From an uncultured Burkholderiales bacterium (GTDB taxonomy: Bacteria > Pseudomonadota > Gammaproteobacteria > Burkholderiales > Thiobacillaceae), in NCBI GenBank assembly GCA_938038385.1, contig CALHRD010000012.1:19541-83540 (forward strand): DNA of 64,000 bases. The letters are read 5' to 3'. Shown here piece after piece: positions 15,852-24,704 of this stretch; the first letter of the stretch is position 1; each line of letters begins with the position of its first letter. Position numbers and translations under genes: made by a program. The notes below the pieces were generated by a model. It did not search any database and was not told the DNA's origin. It was given only the letters and a program-made list of their open reading frames with translations.

Positions 15852-15877
15852 AAGGGGCCGCAAGGCCCCTTTTTTTA
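15852..15877 (+). terminator. rho-independent terminator after the PEP-CTERM gene
   Basis: Stem AGGGGCC, loop GCAA, stem GGCCCCT, followed by a T7 run. Confidence 0.8.
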
Positions 15878-15967
15878 CGTCGGCTCGCGCTGCCGCTGCG
15901 GTGATTTGCAACGGTAGGTCAGGCCTCAGCCTGATGGGTTGGCTACGACGCATGCGGGTGTTGGGGT

Positions 15968-15991
15968 GTGTCGGGCTGAAGCCCGACCTAT
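15968..15991. repeat. REP-like hairpin, family 2
   Basis: GTGTCGGGCTGAAGCCCGACCTAT. The core is identical to the copy at 14508-14530. Degenerate CCGACCT direct repeats follow, up to about 16045. Confidence 0.75.
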
Positions 15992-16130
15992 GTTCCTACC
16001 TACATTCCGACCTACGGCCCGACCTTGGACCGGACGGGGCCGACCGATGAAGCGGGCACTGCCCTGTGGGCGGGCTTGCCTGTCGGCGGCGGCTGGGATA
16101 TACCTTGGCCCCATTCACCGGGCAGACACC

Positions 16131-16832
16131 ATGCAGACCGACTACAAGGACTACCTGCTCTCCACCCTGTTCATCGGCCTCGTGCTGGCCCTCACGGCCC
16201 TGGCGCTCGCCTGGGTGCAGGACACCCTGCTCGCGGCGCTGGGGCCGCTCTATGCCCCGATCGCCGTGGTGGTGCTGTTCCTCGCCCTCTACGGCGGGGT
16301 GAGCGCCCTGCTGCTCGCGCTGCTCGACCGCCTCTACCCGCTCAAGGCCGGCAGTTACCGCCTGGGCCACGCGCAGTTCCGGCTGTGGAAGCTGCGCCAC
16401 GTGGCCACCGCCCTGGCCAAGGCGGCGCTCACCCCCTTTTTCCCGGTGTTCTCGCGTCAGGCCCTGTATGCCCTGCTCGGCGCGCGCGTGGGCAGGAACG
16501 TGGCGGTGGCGGGCACGATCCTCGACCCCTCGCTCACCACCCTGGAGGACGGCAGCGTCATCGGCGAGGGGGCCATCGTCGCCTGCCACGTCATGGCGCG
16601 CGGCCGTTTCCTGCTGCGCGGGGTGTATGTCGGCCACGGCGCGACCGTGGGCGGCCGCGCCAGCGTCATGCACGGGGTGAAGGTCGGCGCCGGGGCGGTG
16701 ATCCTGCCGGGCGCGCTCGTCCAGGCCGACACCGAAATCCCGGCGGGCGAGGTCTGGGGCGGCATGCCGGCGGTGCGCGTGAAGGCGGCACGCCGGACGG
16801 GACAGGCGGAGCAGGAAGACCAGGCCGGATAG
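16131..16832 (+). CDS. membrane-anchored left-handed beta-helix (hexapeptide-repeat) acyl/acetyltransferase
   Basis: Hydrophobic helices at the N-terminus, followed by hexapeptide repeats (GARVGRNVAVAGTILDP...GEGAIV...GHGATVGGRASV...GAGAVILPGALV). Trimmed to the ATG at 16131; the upstream part of the ORF runs through REP elements. Confidence 0.75.
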   Translation: MQTDYKDYLLSTLFIGLVLALTALALAWVQDTLLAALGPLYAPIAVVVLFLALYGGVSALLLALLDRLYPLKAGSYRLGHAQFRLWKLRHVATALAKAALTPFFPVFSRQALYALLGARVGRNVAVAGTILDPSLTTLEDGSVIGEGAIVACHVMARGRFLLRGVYVGHGATVGGRASVMHGVKVGAGAVILPGALVQADTEIPAGEVWGGMPAVRVKAARRTGQAEQEDQAG

Positions 16833-16884
16833 ACGCTGGGGCGGCAAGCCCTAGCCGCCGGAAACGCGCCTGAGGCGCCGTCGA

Positions 16885-16909
16885 TGTCGGCAAGGGCTTG
16901 CCGACCTAC
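16885..16909. repeat. REP-like hairpin, family 2
   Basis: TGTCGGCAAGGGCTTGCCGACCTAC, in the convergent gap between the LbH acyltransferase and SRPBCC genes. Confidence 0.75.
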
Positions 16910-17403
16910 GCAACCCCCTCCACTCGTGCCTTCAACGCCGCGTTCATGCGTTCGAAGCCGACCAGCACGTTGCGCCTGAGCCACGGCGCCATCAGGGGTA
17001 CCAGCCAGCCGCTGAAGCGCTCGCTCTGGATCAGCCGCGAGCGGCCGCTTCCGAGCGGCTCGATGACGAAGCGGTGATCCCCGTCCATCAGGCCGGGCCG
17101 GCCCAGGTGTCCGAGCCAGCGCAGCTCGCGCGCGGGCTGCGCGCCGAGCACCTGCAAGACATAGGGGCCGCGTTTGAGACCGGGCCATGCGATCTCCACC
17201 TCGAGGCGGCTGCCGGCGTGGGCCGCGCCCGCGGCCCTGGGGATGCAGGGATTCCAATCGGCATAGGCGGGGAAATCGGTCAGAGCGGCCCAGATCCGCT
17301 CCGGTGCGGCGTCGATGTCGATCTGCGTGTGCAGTTCGAGACCACGCCACCCGGTGCGACGGGCGTACGAGGCGGGATGGGTGGGGTTGAGCAAAGCGGT
17401 CAT
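16906..17403 (-). CDS. SRPBCC (START/Bet v1-like) ligand-binding protein
   Basis: 165 aa. IDAAPERIWAALTDFPAYADWNP... is typical of the polyketide-cyclase/SRPBCC fold. Confidence 0.7.
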   Translation of the reverse strand: MTALLNPTHPASYARRTGWRGLELHTQIDIDAAPERIWAALTDFPAYADWNPCIPRAAGAAHAGSRLEVEIAWPGLKRGPYVLQVLGAQPARELRWLGHLGRPGLMDGDHRFVIEPLGSGRSRLIQSERFSGWLVPLMAPWLRRNVLVGFERMNAALKARVEGVA

Positions 17404-17487
17404 GTCAGTATGCGCCGGGCCGCCCCAAGTGTACTGACCACCCCCGCGGGGGGCGACGAACGCAGTGAGTCGGGGGGCCGTTTCATC

Positions 17488-19032
17488 CTAGCGTGGAGGG
17501 CGTTGCGATGCGAGATGATCCGCCACCCGCAAGGCGTTGGCGGCGATGGTGAGCGCCGGGTTGGTGCCGCCGCTGGTGGGGAAGAAGGCGGCGTCCACCA
17601 CCCACAGGTTGTCGAGGTCATGCGCGCGGTTGTAGCGGTCGAGCACGCTCGTCGCCGGGTCGTCGCCGAAGCGGCAGGTGCCGCAGGCGTGCGCCAGCAT
17701 GATGTTTTTTTCTGCCTGGCGCAGGGCGAGGAAGCGGTAGGGCCGCAGCGTGGCGCAAACCTGACGGCGGAAGACGTCGAGCCGCCTGCGGTCATCGGCA
17801 TGCAAATGGTATTCGACCGCCAGCGGCGGGCCGGGCAGGACCCGGTTGTCGGGATGGGGGAGATCCTCCAGGATGGCGGCAAGCAGGACGCCGCGCTCGA
17901 ACAGGCCATCCAGCAAGGGCCGCAGCAGCGGGCGCAGGGGTGCGATGAGGGGCGCAGCCCAGGGCGCCTTGGCGCGCAGCTCGCGGTCGAGGTCCTGCAG
18001 CAGCATGGCGGCCGGCGGCAGGGCGCCGAAGGCCTGCAGCGTGCCGAGCTTCTCACCGTCGCGCCGGTAGAGGTCGCTCAGGCCCAGCGCCTTGTGGTGC
18101 CGGTCGGTCTTTTCGTGCGTGAAGACCAGGTAGAGGTCGACCAGATGGCGCATGAGGTGGCGCCCCACGAGGCCGGAGCGGTTGGCCAGGCCGGCCGGCC
18201 AGTCGGCGCTGGCGGAGCGCAGCAACAGGGCGGGGGTTTGCAGCGCCCCGGCAGCGAGAATGATGTGCCGGGCGCGCAGGGTGAAGGTCGCGCCGGCCTG
18301 CCGGCAGAGGACGCCGGTGGCGCGTTGGGTGTCGGCCTCCAGGCGTAGCGCTTCGCATTCATCCAGCAGCGCGGCGCCGTGTTCGGCCAGCGCGGGCTCG
18401 AGGCAGACCCGGCTGGCGTCGTTCTTGCAGGCGCGCGGGCAGAGATAGCCCTGGCAGCAGGCGCAGCCGGGCAGGAATTCGCAGGCCTGCGGCAGTCGGT
18501 AGGGGTGCAGGCCTTCGCGCTGGAAGTGGGCGTGCAGTTCGGTCTGAGCCGGGCCTGGCGGCGGCGCCGGCGGCAGCCCCGGCGCCGGCGGGCGCAGGGG
18601 GTCGCGCTCACCGCGCACGACGTAGAGCGCCTCGGCTCGGTCGTAATACGGGGCGAGGTCTGCGTAGGTGATCGGCCAAGCGGCGAAATCCACCGGAAAG
18701 AAGCGCTCCATGGCCATGCCGTAGAGGGCGCTGGAGCCGCCGCTGCCACAACCCATGAGGGGCACGAAGGCATGCGCGCCGTCGCGCACGGGTTCCGCCA
18801 TGCGGCCGCCACGGCGCAGGCAGTCGGCCGGCGCCGCCGCGTCCGGACAGACGAGTTCGGGATAGTCGCCGCGCAGGCTGTCGCCGTGGCGAAAGGCAGC
18901 ACGCCCCTTTTCGAGGAACAGCACGCGCCAGCCGGCGCGCGCCAGGGCATGGCCCAGGGTGGCCCCGCCCACCCCGGTGCCGATCACCAGGGCATCCCAG
19001 TCCTGCGCGCGGATGGCCTCGAGGTCATGCAC
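17488..19032 (-). CDS. GMC-family FAD oxidoreductase
   Basis: N-terminal GxGxxG (DALVIGTGVGGATLGHALARAG...FLEKG). The C-terminal GMC region carries GTCRFG...VVD..FFPTSGGTNPALTIAANALR. It overlaps the GT gene by 8 nt. Confidence 0.85.
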   Translation of the reverse strand: MHDLEAIRAQDWDALVIGTGVGGATLGHALARAGWRVLFLEKGRAAFRHGDSLRGDYPELVCPDAAAPADCLRRGGRMAEPVRDGAHAFVPLMGCGSGGSSALYGMAMERFFPVDFAAWPITYADLAPYYDRAEALYVVRGERDPLRPPAPGLPPAPPPGPAQTELHAHFQREGLHPYRLPQACEFLPGCACCQGYLCPRACKNDASRVCLEPALAEHGAALLDECEALRLEADTQRATGVLCRQAGATFTLRARHIILAAGALQTPALLLRSASADWPAGLANRSGLVGRHLMRHLVDLYLVFTHEKTDRHHKALGLSDLYRRDGEKLGTLQAFGALPPAAMLLQDLDRELRAKAPWAAPLIAPLRPLLRPLLDGLFERGVLLAAILEDLPHPDNRVLPGPPLAVEYHLHADDRRRLDVFRRQVCATLRPYRFLALRQAEKNIMLAHACGTCRFGDDPATSVLDRYNRAHDLDNLWVVDAAFFPTSGGTNPALTIAANALRVADHLASQRPPR

Positions 19033-20239
19033 GTCCGGCCACCTCCTCGAGGATCGCGCTCAGGCGTTGCACCGGATCGTAGGCGGCGATGGCGCGCGCC
19101 ATCTCCCGCGCCCGCTGCCGCATCGCCGCGTCGTCGAGCAGCCGCTGCACGGCGACACGGATTTGCATCGCATCGAGACGGTCGGTGCGCAGGCGCAGGC
19201 CGACGCCGGCCTTTTCCACGTGATGCATGGACAGTTGCTGATCCATGTGCGCGGCAATGCCCAGGACCGGCTTGCCGGCGGCCAGGGCCTGATAGACACC
19301 CATACTGCCGCCGTTGCCGATCACCAGTTCGGCGCGCCGGCAGAGGGCCTCGCCGGGGGCATAGTCCAGCAGGCGCGCATTGGGCGGCGACGTGCCGGGC
19401 AGGTCGCGGCCGGCGCGCGTGGCCACTACGGTGACGGGCAGATCGGCGAGGGCTTCGAGCACCTTGGCCAGCACCGCCGGGTCGCCCGAGCTGCCGAGAG
19501 AGACGTAGATCAGGGGACGGTCGGCCGGCAGTTCATCCCACCAGGGCGGCAGGGGGACTGCCGGCGACCATGCGATGGGACCCAGGTAGCGGTGGGTGAC
19601 CGGGCGGCCAGGCGTGGGGATCAGTTCCTCGGCGTCGGCGTAGAGGGTGTGATCCGCTTCCGTATAGGGCCGCCGCCAGTCCCAACCCAGGGCCGCCAGG
19701 CCATGGTCCCGGCGCAGCCGGTTCAGCGGCCAGGAGTGCCAGGCGGCGGCCAGGGGCCACACCCGGTCGAACAGGGGCTGGGCGAGTGGCAGGCCGAGCC
19801 GGCGCGTGAGCGGCAGGTCGGGGACCGGGGTTGCGGCGTCGGCCCAGGGGCTCCAATAGGCGTTGTGGATGGCGAGGTATGGGATGCCTCGTAAGCGGGC
19901 GCTCACCGTCAGGGACAGGCGGTGATCTCCCACGACGGCCGCAGGCCGAACGGCGTCGAGCAGGGCGAGGTCCTCGCGCAGATAGGCGCGCAGGGTCTCC
20001 GTGTCGTACAGCCGGTGGCCCCGTGCGGCGGCACGCAGGAAGCGCTGCGTGGCCTGGGAGGAGATGGGATGCGCGGGGCAGGGCAGATCGGCGATGAGGC
20101 CGGCGTAACGCGGGTCGCAGGCGAAGACGACCGCGAAACGCTCCGGGTCGAGGCCCCGCGCCAGGGCGGCAGGGCGGGCCACATGCGCCAGGGTGACCGC
20201 GTCCGCCACGAACAGGATGCGGGGACGGGCGTCGCTCAC
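19025..20239 (-). CDS. GT1-family glycosyltransferase (UDP-glycosyltransferase/MGT type)
   Basis: About 400 aa with two Rossmann halves. The C-terminal donor-binding region is VIGNGGSMGVYQALAAGKPVLGIAAHMDQ, comparable to CrtX, RhlB and macrolide glycosyltransferases. Confidence 0.78.
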   Translation of the reverse strand: MSDARPRILFVADAVTLAHVARPAALARGLDPERFAVVFACDPRYAGLIADLPCPAHPISSQATQRFLRAAARGHRLYDTETLRAYLREDLALLDAVRPAAVVGDHRLSLTVSARLRGIPYLAIHNAYWSPWADAATPVPDLPLTRRLGLPLAQPLFDRVWPLAAAWHSWPLNRLRRDHGLAALGWDWRRPYTEADHTLYADAEELIPTPGRPVTHRYLGPIAWSPAVPLPPWWDELPADRPLIYVSLGSSGDPAVLAKVLEALADLPVTVVATRAGRDLPGTSPPNARLLDYAPGEALCRRAELVIGNGGSMGVYQALAAGKPVLGIAAHMDQQLSMHHVEKAGVGLRLRTDRLDAMQIRVAVQRLLDDAAMRQRAREMARAIAAYDPVQRLSAILEEVAGRA

Positions 20240-20281
20240 GGCAGCGGGCGGCTCAGGTCGGGGTGATGGGCTGGCCGGCGG

Positions 20282-21067
20282 TCACTGCAGCCGCTTGAGG
20301 TATTCCTTGGTGAACACGCGGTCGGGCAGGTCTCTGAGCCGCATGTTGTCGTATTCCAGGATCGACTGCTCCCCACCGCGCAGTGCGTCCTGCATGACCA
20401 GCCGCGTCGGGCGGTGTTGCCCGGCCATGGGCTGATAGTTTTCATAGCTGCAGGTTTTCAGCAGCCGGTTCGAGAGCGAATAGAACTCGGCCTTGCGCGG
20501 CCGGTTGTTGCGCTTGTTCACCCACAGCAGCACACGGTGGTAGGTCACGCCGCGATCGACGGCGTTGAGCTCCAGGACGTGATGCTCCTCGCCGTCCAGA
20601 CGCTCCGTCCTGAGCAGCCGGGGGTTGTAGTCGCCGGTGAAGTTGGCGCGCGCCAGATCGCCGTTGGCGACCTGTCCCATGAGGCGCTGGGCCAGCCCGA
20701 TGCGGATGGGTTGCGCCACCTCCGGCATGAACATCCACAGATCGCGCCCCTTCATGAGCATGATCTGGCCCCGGTCGGACGCCGGTTCGAGTACCATTAC
20801 CACCGTGTTTTCGTTGCCTTTGGAGAGGATGCGATATTTCCTGCGCGTCTCGTCACCGTCCTGGGAGGTGGTGATGTCGACATCGACTTGGAAGCCCTGG
20901 TTTGGGAAGCGGATCTCGTCGGCGCGCTGCAGGATGCCGCGGGCCTGCTCGTCCGCTTCCGGCGCTTCCTGGGCGTGCGTGACGGCCAGGGGCATGAGCG
21001 CCGCGACCAGCATCAGCGCCGCGATGCGCAGGAATGAACGGGGTGGTGCAGACACAGCCATATCCAT
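20282..21067 (-). CDS. periplasmic LolA-like outer-membrane lipoprotein-sorting protein family
   Basis: Trimmed to the ATG giving MDMAVS, with a GGAGG RBS. It has a signal peptide without a lipobox. The body (ILQRADEIRF...YRILSKG...MLMKGRDLWMFMP...VLLWVNKRNNRPRKAEFYS) matches my recollection of the LolA_like family. Confidence 0.7.
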   Translation of the reverse strand: MDMAVSAPPRSFLRIAALMLVAALMPLAVTHAQEAPEADEQARGILQRADEIRFPNQGFQVDVDITTSQDGDETRRKYRILSKGNENTVVMVLEPASDRGQIMLMKGRDLWMFMPEVAQPIRIGLAQRLMGQVANGDLARANFTGDYNPRLLRTERLDGEEHHVLELNAVDRGVTYHRVLLWVNKRNNRPRKAEFYSLSNRLLKTCSYENYQPMAGQHRPTRLVMQDALRGGEQSILEYDNMRLRDLPDRVFTKEYLKRLQ

Positions 21068-21103
21068 CAAGCCTCCAAAAACCCGCCACGGTACATCACG
21101 CTC

Positions 21104-21862
21104 ATGAGCCTCGTTCGCGTGCAAGGCGTCACCAAGGAATACCTGCTGGGTGAGCAGGTCGTGGTCGCGCTCGACGATATCACACTCTCCATCGAGGAAG
21201 GCGTGTTCATGGCCATCGCCGGTCCCTCCGGCAGCGGCAAGACCACCTTGCTCAACATCATCGGTTGCATCGACCTGCCCACACGGGGCCAAGTGTACAT
21301 CGACGGTCGGGAGGTCACCGGCCGCTCGGCAGACGACCTCGCCGACCTGCGTGCCCGTACCATCGGCTTCATCTTCCAGACCTTTAACCTCTTCCCGGTC
21401 CTGACCGCGGCGGAGAACGTCGAGTACCCGCTGCTGCAGCTGCCGGAGATCGGACGCGAGGAGCGGCGGCGGCGGGTGAAGAAGTTTCTGCGGGTGGTCG
21501 GTCTGGAGAAACAGGCCGACCACCGGCCCAACCAGTTGAGCGGGGGACAACGCCAGCGCGTGGCCATCGCCCGGGCACTGGCGATCAACCCGCGCATCGT
21601 GCTGGCCGACGAACCCACGGCCAACCTGGACAGCAGGACGGGGTCGGACATCCTCGCGCTGATGAAGCAGATCAACCGCGAGTACGGCACCACCTTCATC
21701 TTCTCCACCCATGACCGGCGGGTGATGGCCATGGCCGATCGTCTCGTGCGTATCGAGGATGGCCATGTGTCGATGCTGGCGGTCAGGGCGAACGACCAAT
21801 GGAAGTCGGTCCGCACGCGCGCCGACGGCAGGATCAACAATACCGGTAAGGAGGCAGCGTGA
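21104..21862 (+). CDS. ABC transporter ATP-binding protein, LolD/MacB type
   Basis: Walker A GPSGSGKT, signature LSGGQRQR and Walker B VLADEP. Its start codon is only 36 bp from the divergent LolA-like gene. Confidence 0.93.
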   Translation: MSLVRVQGVTKEYLLGEQVVVALDDITLSIEEGVFMAIAGPSGSGKTTLLNIIGCIDLPTRGQVYIDGREVTGRSADDLADLRARTIGFIFQTFNLFPVLTAAENVEYPLLQLPEIGREERRRRVKKFLRVVGLEKQADHRPNQLSGGQRQRVAIARALAINPRIVLADEPTANLDSRTGSDILALMKQINREYGTTFIFSTHDRRVMAMADRLVRIEDGHVSMLAVRANDQWKSVRTRADGRINNTGKEAA

Positions 21863-23439
21863 AGCGTATGGACAAGACCCTGATCGGCTTGACCCTGGGG
21901 CTGGCGGCATGCCTGCCGGCCGTGGTGGTCGCCGGCCCGACGCCGAAGACCGTGTCTGCGGCGAAGACGAGTCAAGCGACATTTGCGCCGGCAGACAGGT
22001 TGAACGTGGCGGCCAAGGAAGCGGACCTGCCACTGAGCCGGGATGCCCTGTTCGGTCTGGATGAGCCCGAGCGGCCGGAGGCCGTCAAGACTCCGGCACG
22101 CCAGGGCGATGCGGCCCTGCCCGGTTCGCTGAAGGATTTGTTCGAGATCGAGGAGGTGCGCCAGCCCGCCGCCGCGCCGCCGTCGCGGTTGGATACGCCT
22201 GCCGCGAGCCAAGCCGCCACACCGGCTCCCGTAGCGGAGGCACCCGCTTTGCGCGGCTATCTGCAGACCGAGCTGGCCTACACCTATGGTGAGCCGGCGC
22301 ACTGGTCCAAGACCCTGGCGCGCCTGCATCTCGGCACCGGCGGACGCCATGCCGGCGTGCAGTGGAAAATGAGCGCCCGGCTGGATTACAACCCGGTGTA
22401 CGACCTGACCGACCACTACCCCAAGGCGGTGCGCGACGATGACCGTCTGCGGCTGCTGCTGCATGAGACCTATGTCGATTTCACCACCGGCGGCTGGGAG
22501 TGGCGCGTGGGCCGGCAGAACGTCGTCTGGGGCGAGATGGTGGGGCTGTTCTTCGCCGACGTGGTCTCGGCCAAGGACCAGCGCGAGTTCGTCCTGCCCG
22601 ACTTCCAGATCCAGCGCATCCCGCAGTGGGCGGTGCGGGCCGAGCGTTTCGGAGCGGACGACTTTCACACCGAGCTGCTCTGGGTCCCCTATCCCAGCTA
22701 TGACCTGATCGGCAAGCCAGGCGGCGATTTCTATCCTTATCCGCCGCTGCTGCCGGGGCTCACCCCGGTCATCGAGGGCGAGCGCAAGCCGGCGCGCACG
22801 CTGAAGAACACCAACTATGGCCTGCGCATGGGCAAGTTGATCAATGGCTGGGACCTGTCGGCCTTCTATTACAACAGCCTGGACGCCGCGGCGAGCTTCT
22901 CGCGCACGCTCGCTCCCGCCACCCAGACCTACCGGCCGCAGCATACGCGCATCTGGCAGGCGGGCGGCACGCTGGGCAAGGACCTGGGCCCGTTCGTGCT
23001 GAAGGCGGAGCTGATCTACACGGATGGTCGCAGATACAACACCGTGGATCCAGCCGACGCGGACGGCCTGGTCGTGCAGGACACCCTGGATTGGGTGCTG
23101 GGCGCCGACTTCCAACCCGGCCCCGACACCCGTCTGAACACCCAGCTTTTCCAGCGCGTCTATTTCGACCATGACCCGGGCATCATCCCCGCGCGGCGCG
23201 AAAGCGGGGCATCGCTGCTGGTCAATCACAAATTCAACGCGCGCTGGGAGGGGGAGGCCCTGCTCATCGCCAGCCTCAACCGCAGCGACTGGATGCTGCG
23301 GCCCAAGCTCACCTGGAGGCCGCAGACCAACTGGCGCATGACGATGGGTGTGGATGTCTTCCACGGGCCGGCAACGGGCTTTTTCGGGCGCTACGACAAT
23401 CGCGACCGCGGCTACGTCGAGCTGCGCCGCGATTTCTGA
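21859..23439 (+). CDS. outer-membrane beta-barrel protein (DUF1302 / alginate-export-like) with a Pro/Ala-rich N-terminal linker
   Basis: GTGA overlap with the ATPase stop. Lipobox-like signal (LGLAAC), then a low-complexity linker of roughly 120 aa. WRVGRQNVVWGE is a DUF1302-like motif, and the terminal ...VELRRDF ends in Phe, as OM barrels do. Confidence 0.6.
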   Translation: MKRMDKTLIGLTLGLAACLPAVVVAGPTPKTVSAAKTSQATFAPADRLNVAAKEADLPLSRDALFGLDEPERPEAVKTPARQGDAALPGSLKDLFEIEEVRQPAAAPPSRLDTPAASQAATPAPVAEAPALRGYLQTELAYTYGEPAHWSKTLARLHLGTGGRHAGVQWKMSARLDYNPVYDLTDHYPKAVRDDDRLRLLLHETYVDFTTGGWEWRVGRQNVVWGEMVGLFFADVVSAKDQREFVLPDFQIQRIPQWAVRAERFGADDFHTELLWVPYPSYDLIGKPGGDFYPYPPLLPGLTPVIEGERKPARTLKNTNYGLRMGKLINGWDLSAFYYNSLDAAASFSRTLAPATQTYRPQHTRIWQAGGTLGKDLGPFVLKAELIYTDGRRYNTVDPADADGLVVQDTLDWVLGADFQPGPDTRLNTQLFQRVYFDHDPGIIPARRESGASLLVNHKFNARWEGEALLIASLNRSDWMLRPKLTWRPQTNWRMTMGVDVFHGPATGFFGRYDNRDRGYVELRRDF

Positions 23440-23484
23440 GCTCGTGGCCCGTTTGCAGGCGCAGCCCACCGCTCGACGCGAATT

Positions 23485-24696
23485 TCAGATGCTTTGCCGC
23501 AAGGCCTCGACCACGGGTATGCGGCGTATCCTGAGCGCCGGCAGCAGGGCGGCGCCGACCGTGGCAAGGAGGCCGATGGCGAAGGCGCTCGCCACCACCG
23601 CCGGCGTCAGGGTGATGCGTGCCGTGTAGGGCAGGTCGGAGTTGGGCGGCGGCGGCATGGGGATGCCCACCTGCGAGATCGCCATGGCCAAAACGATGCC
23701 CAACGACGTGCCGATGACGGCCCCCAGAACGCCGATGATCAGGTTCTCCGCCAGGATCAGGGCGAACACCCGGCCGGAGCGGTTGCCCAGGGCCATCATG
23801 GTGCCGAATTCGCCCACCCGCTCGTAAATACTCATGTTCACGCTGTTGGCCACGGACAGCAGCACCATGACCAGGATGATCAGGCGTAGCACACCGAACT
23901 GGGCGTCGTACATCTCGACGGTCTGGGTATAGAACTCGTTGAGTTCGAGCCAGGTGCTGATCTCCGCCCCCGCGAGTTCGGGTTTCTCCCGCAAGCTGGC
24001 TGCCACCCTGGCGGTGTTGCCGGTTTGGTCCAGCAGAACGACCAGCGTGTTGACGCCCGTCGTGGTCGATAGCTCCTGGGCGGCGGCCAGCGGGATGCGG
24101 ATGGCGCGGGCGTCATAATCCTTGGAGAAGGTCTGGAAGACGCCGACCACCTGGAATTCCATGCTGTTGAGCGCGCCTTCGGGGGTGTTGAGCACCAGTG
24201 TCGCCCAGTCGCCGGGTGCGAGCTTGAGGGCCTGGGCCAGGCCTTGGCCGAGCATGATGCCGTATTGATCGCCGGCCTCGAGCGCGCGGCCGGCGGTGAT
24301 GACCAGACTGGTGCCGAGGGTGCGCTCACCCTCCGGCTCCACGCCTTCGCCGATCACGGGTAGGTCCGAGCGGCCGTTGTTGAGCAGTCCGGTCAGGTAG
24401 AGCCGGCCCATGACGGCACGCACGCCGGGCGCGCCGGCGACCGCCTCGCGCAGCGGCCGCGGGTCGTCGATGAGGTATTTTTCCGGGCTGCGCGTGCCGC
24501 GCTCGAAATAGCCCTGGCGTGCGATCTGCAGGTGGCCGGACTGGGAGTGGATCAAAAGTTCTGCAAGTTGCCTGAAGATGTCGTGCACGAAGCCGCCGCT
24601 GAGGTTGAGCCCCACCGTGCCGATGACGATCACCATGAGCGTCATGGTGGTACGCAGCCTGTGGCGAAAGACGTTGCGCAGGGCCAGCTTCCACAT
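23485..24696 (-). CDS. ABC transporter permease, FtsX/LolC-E type
   Basis: Trimmed to the ATG giving MWKLALRNVFRHRLRT. One transmembrane helix, a large periplasmic domain, then three transmembrane helices forming the FtsX domain. Confidence 0.85.
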   Translation of the reverse strand: MWKLALRNVFRHRLRTTMTLMVIVIGTVGLNLSGGFVHDIFRQLAELLIHSQSGHLQIARQGYFERGTRSPEKYLIDDPRPLREAVAGAPGVRAVMGRLYLTGLLNNGRSDLPVIGEGVEPEGERTLGTSLVITAGRALEAGDQYGIMLGQGLAQALKLAPGDWATLVLNTPEGALNSMEFQVVGVFQTFSKDYDARAIRIPLAAAQELSTTTGVNTLVVLLDQTGNTARVAASLREKPELAGAEISTWLELNEFYTQTVEMYDAQFGVLRLIILVMVLLSVANSVNMSIYERVGEFGTMMALGNRSGRVFALILAENLIIGVLGAVIGTSLGIVLAMAISQVGIPMPPPPNSDLPYTARITLTPAVVASAFAIGLLATVGAALLPALRIRRIPVVEALRQSI

Positions 24697-24704
24697 GGTC
24701 GGGC

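Noticed and set aside
21067-23469. 800-aa minus-strand ORF
   Set aside because: It lies antisense to the ABC ATPase (Walker motifs present) and the OM barrel gene. It is the longest ORF in the window but has no recognisable domain and a highly skewed Arg/Ala/Gly content.
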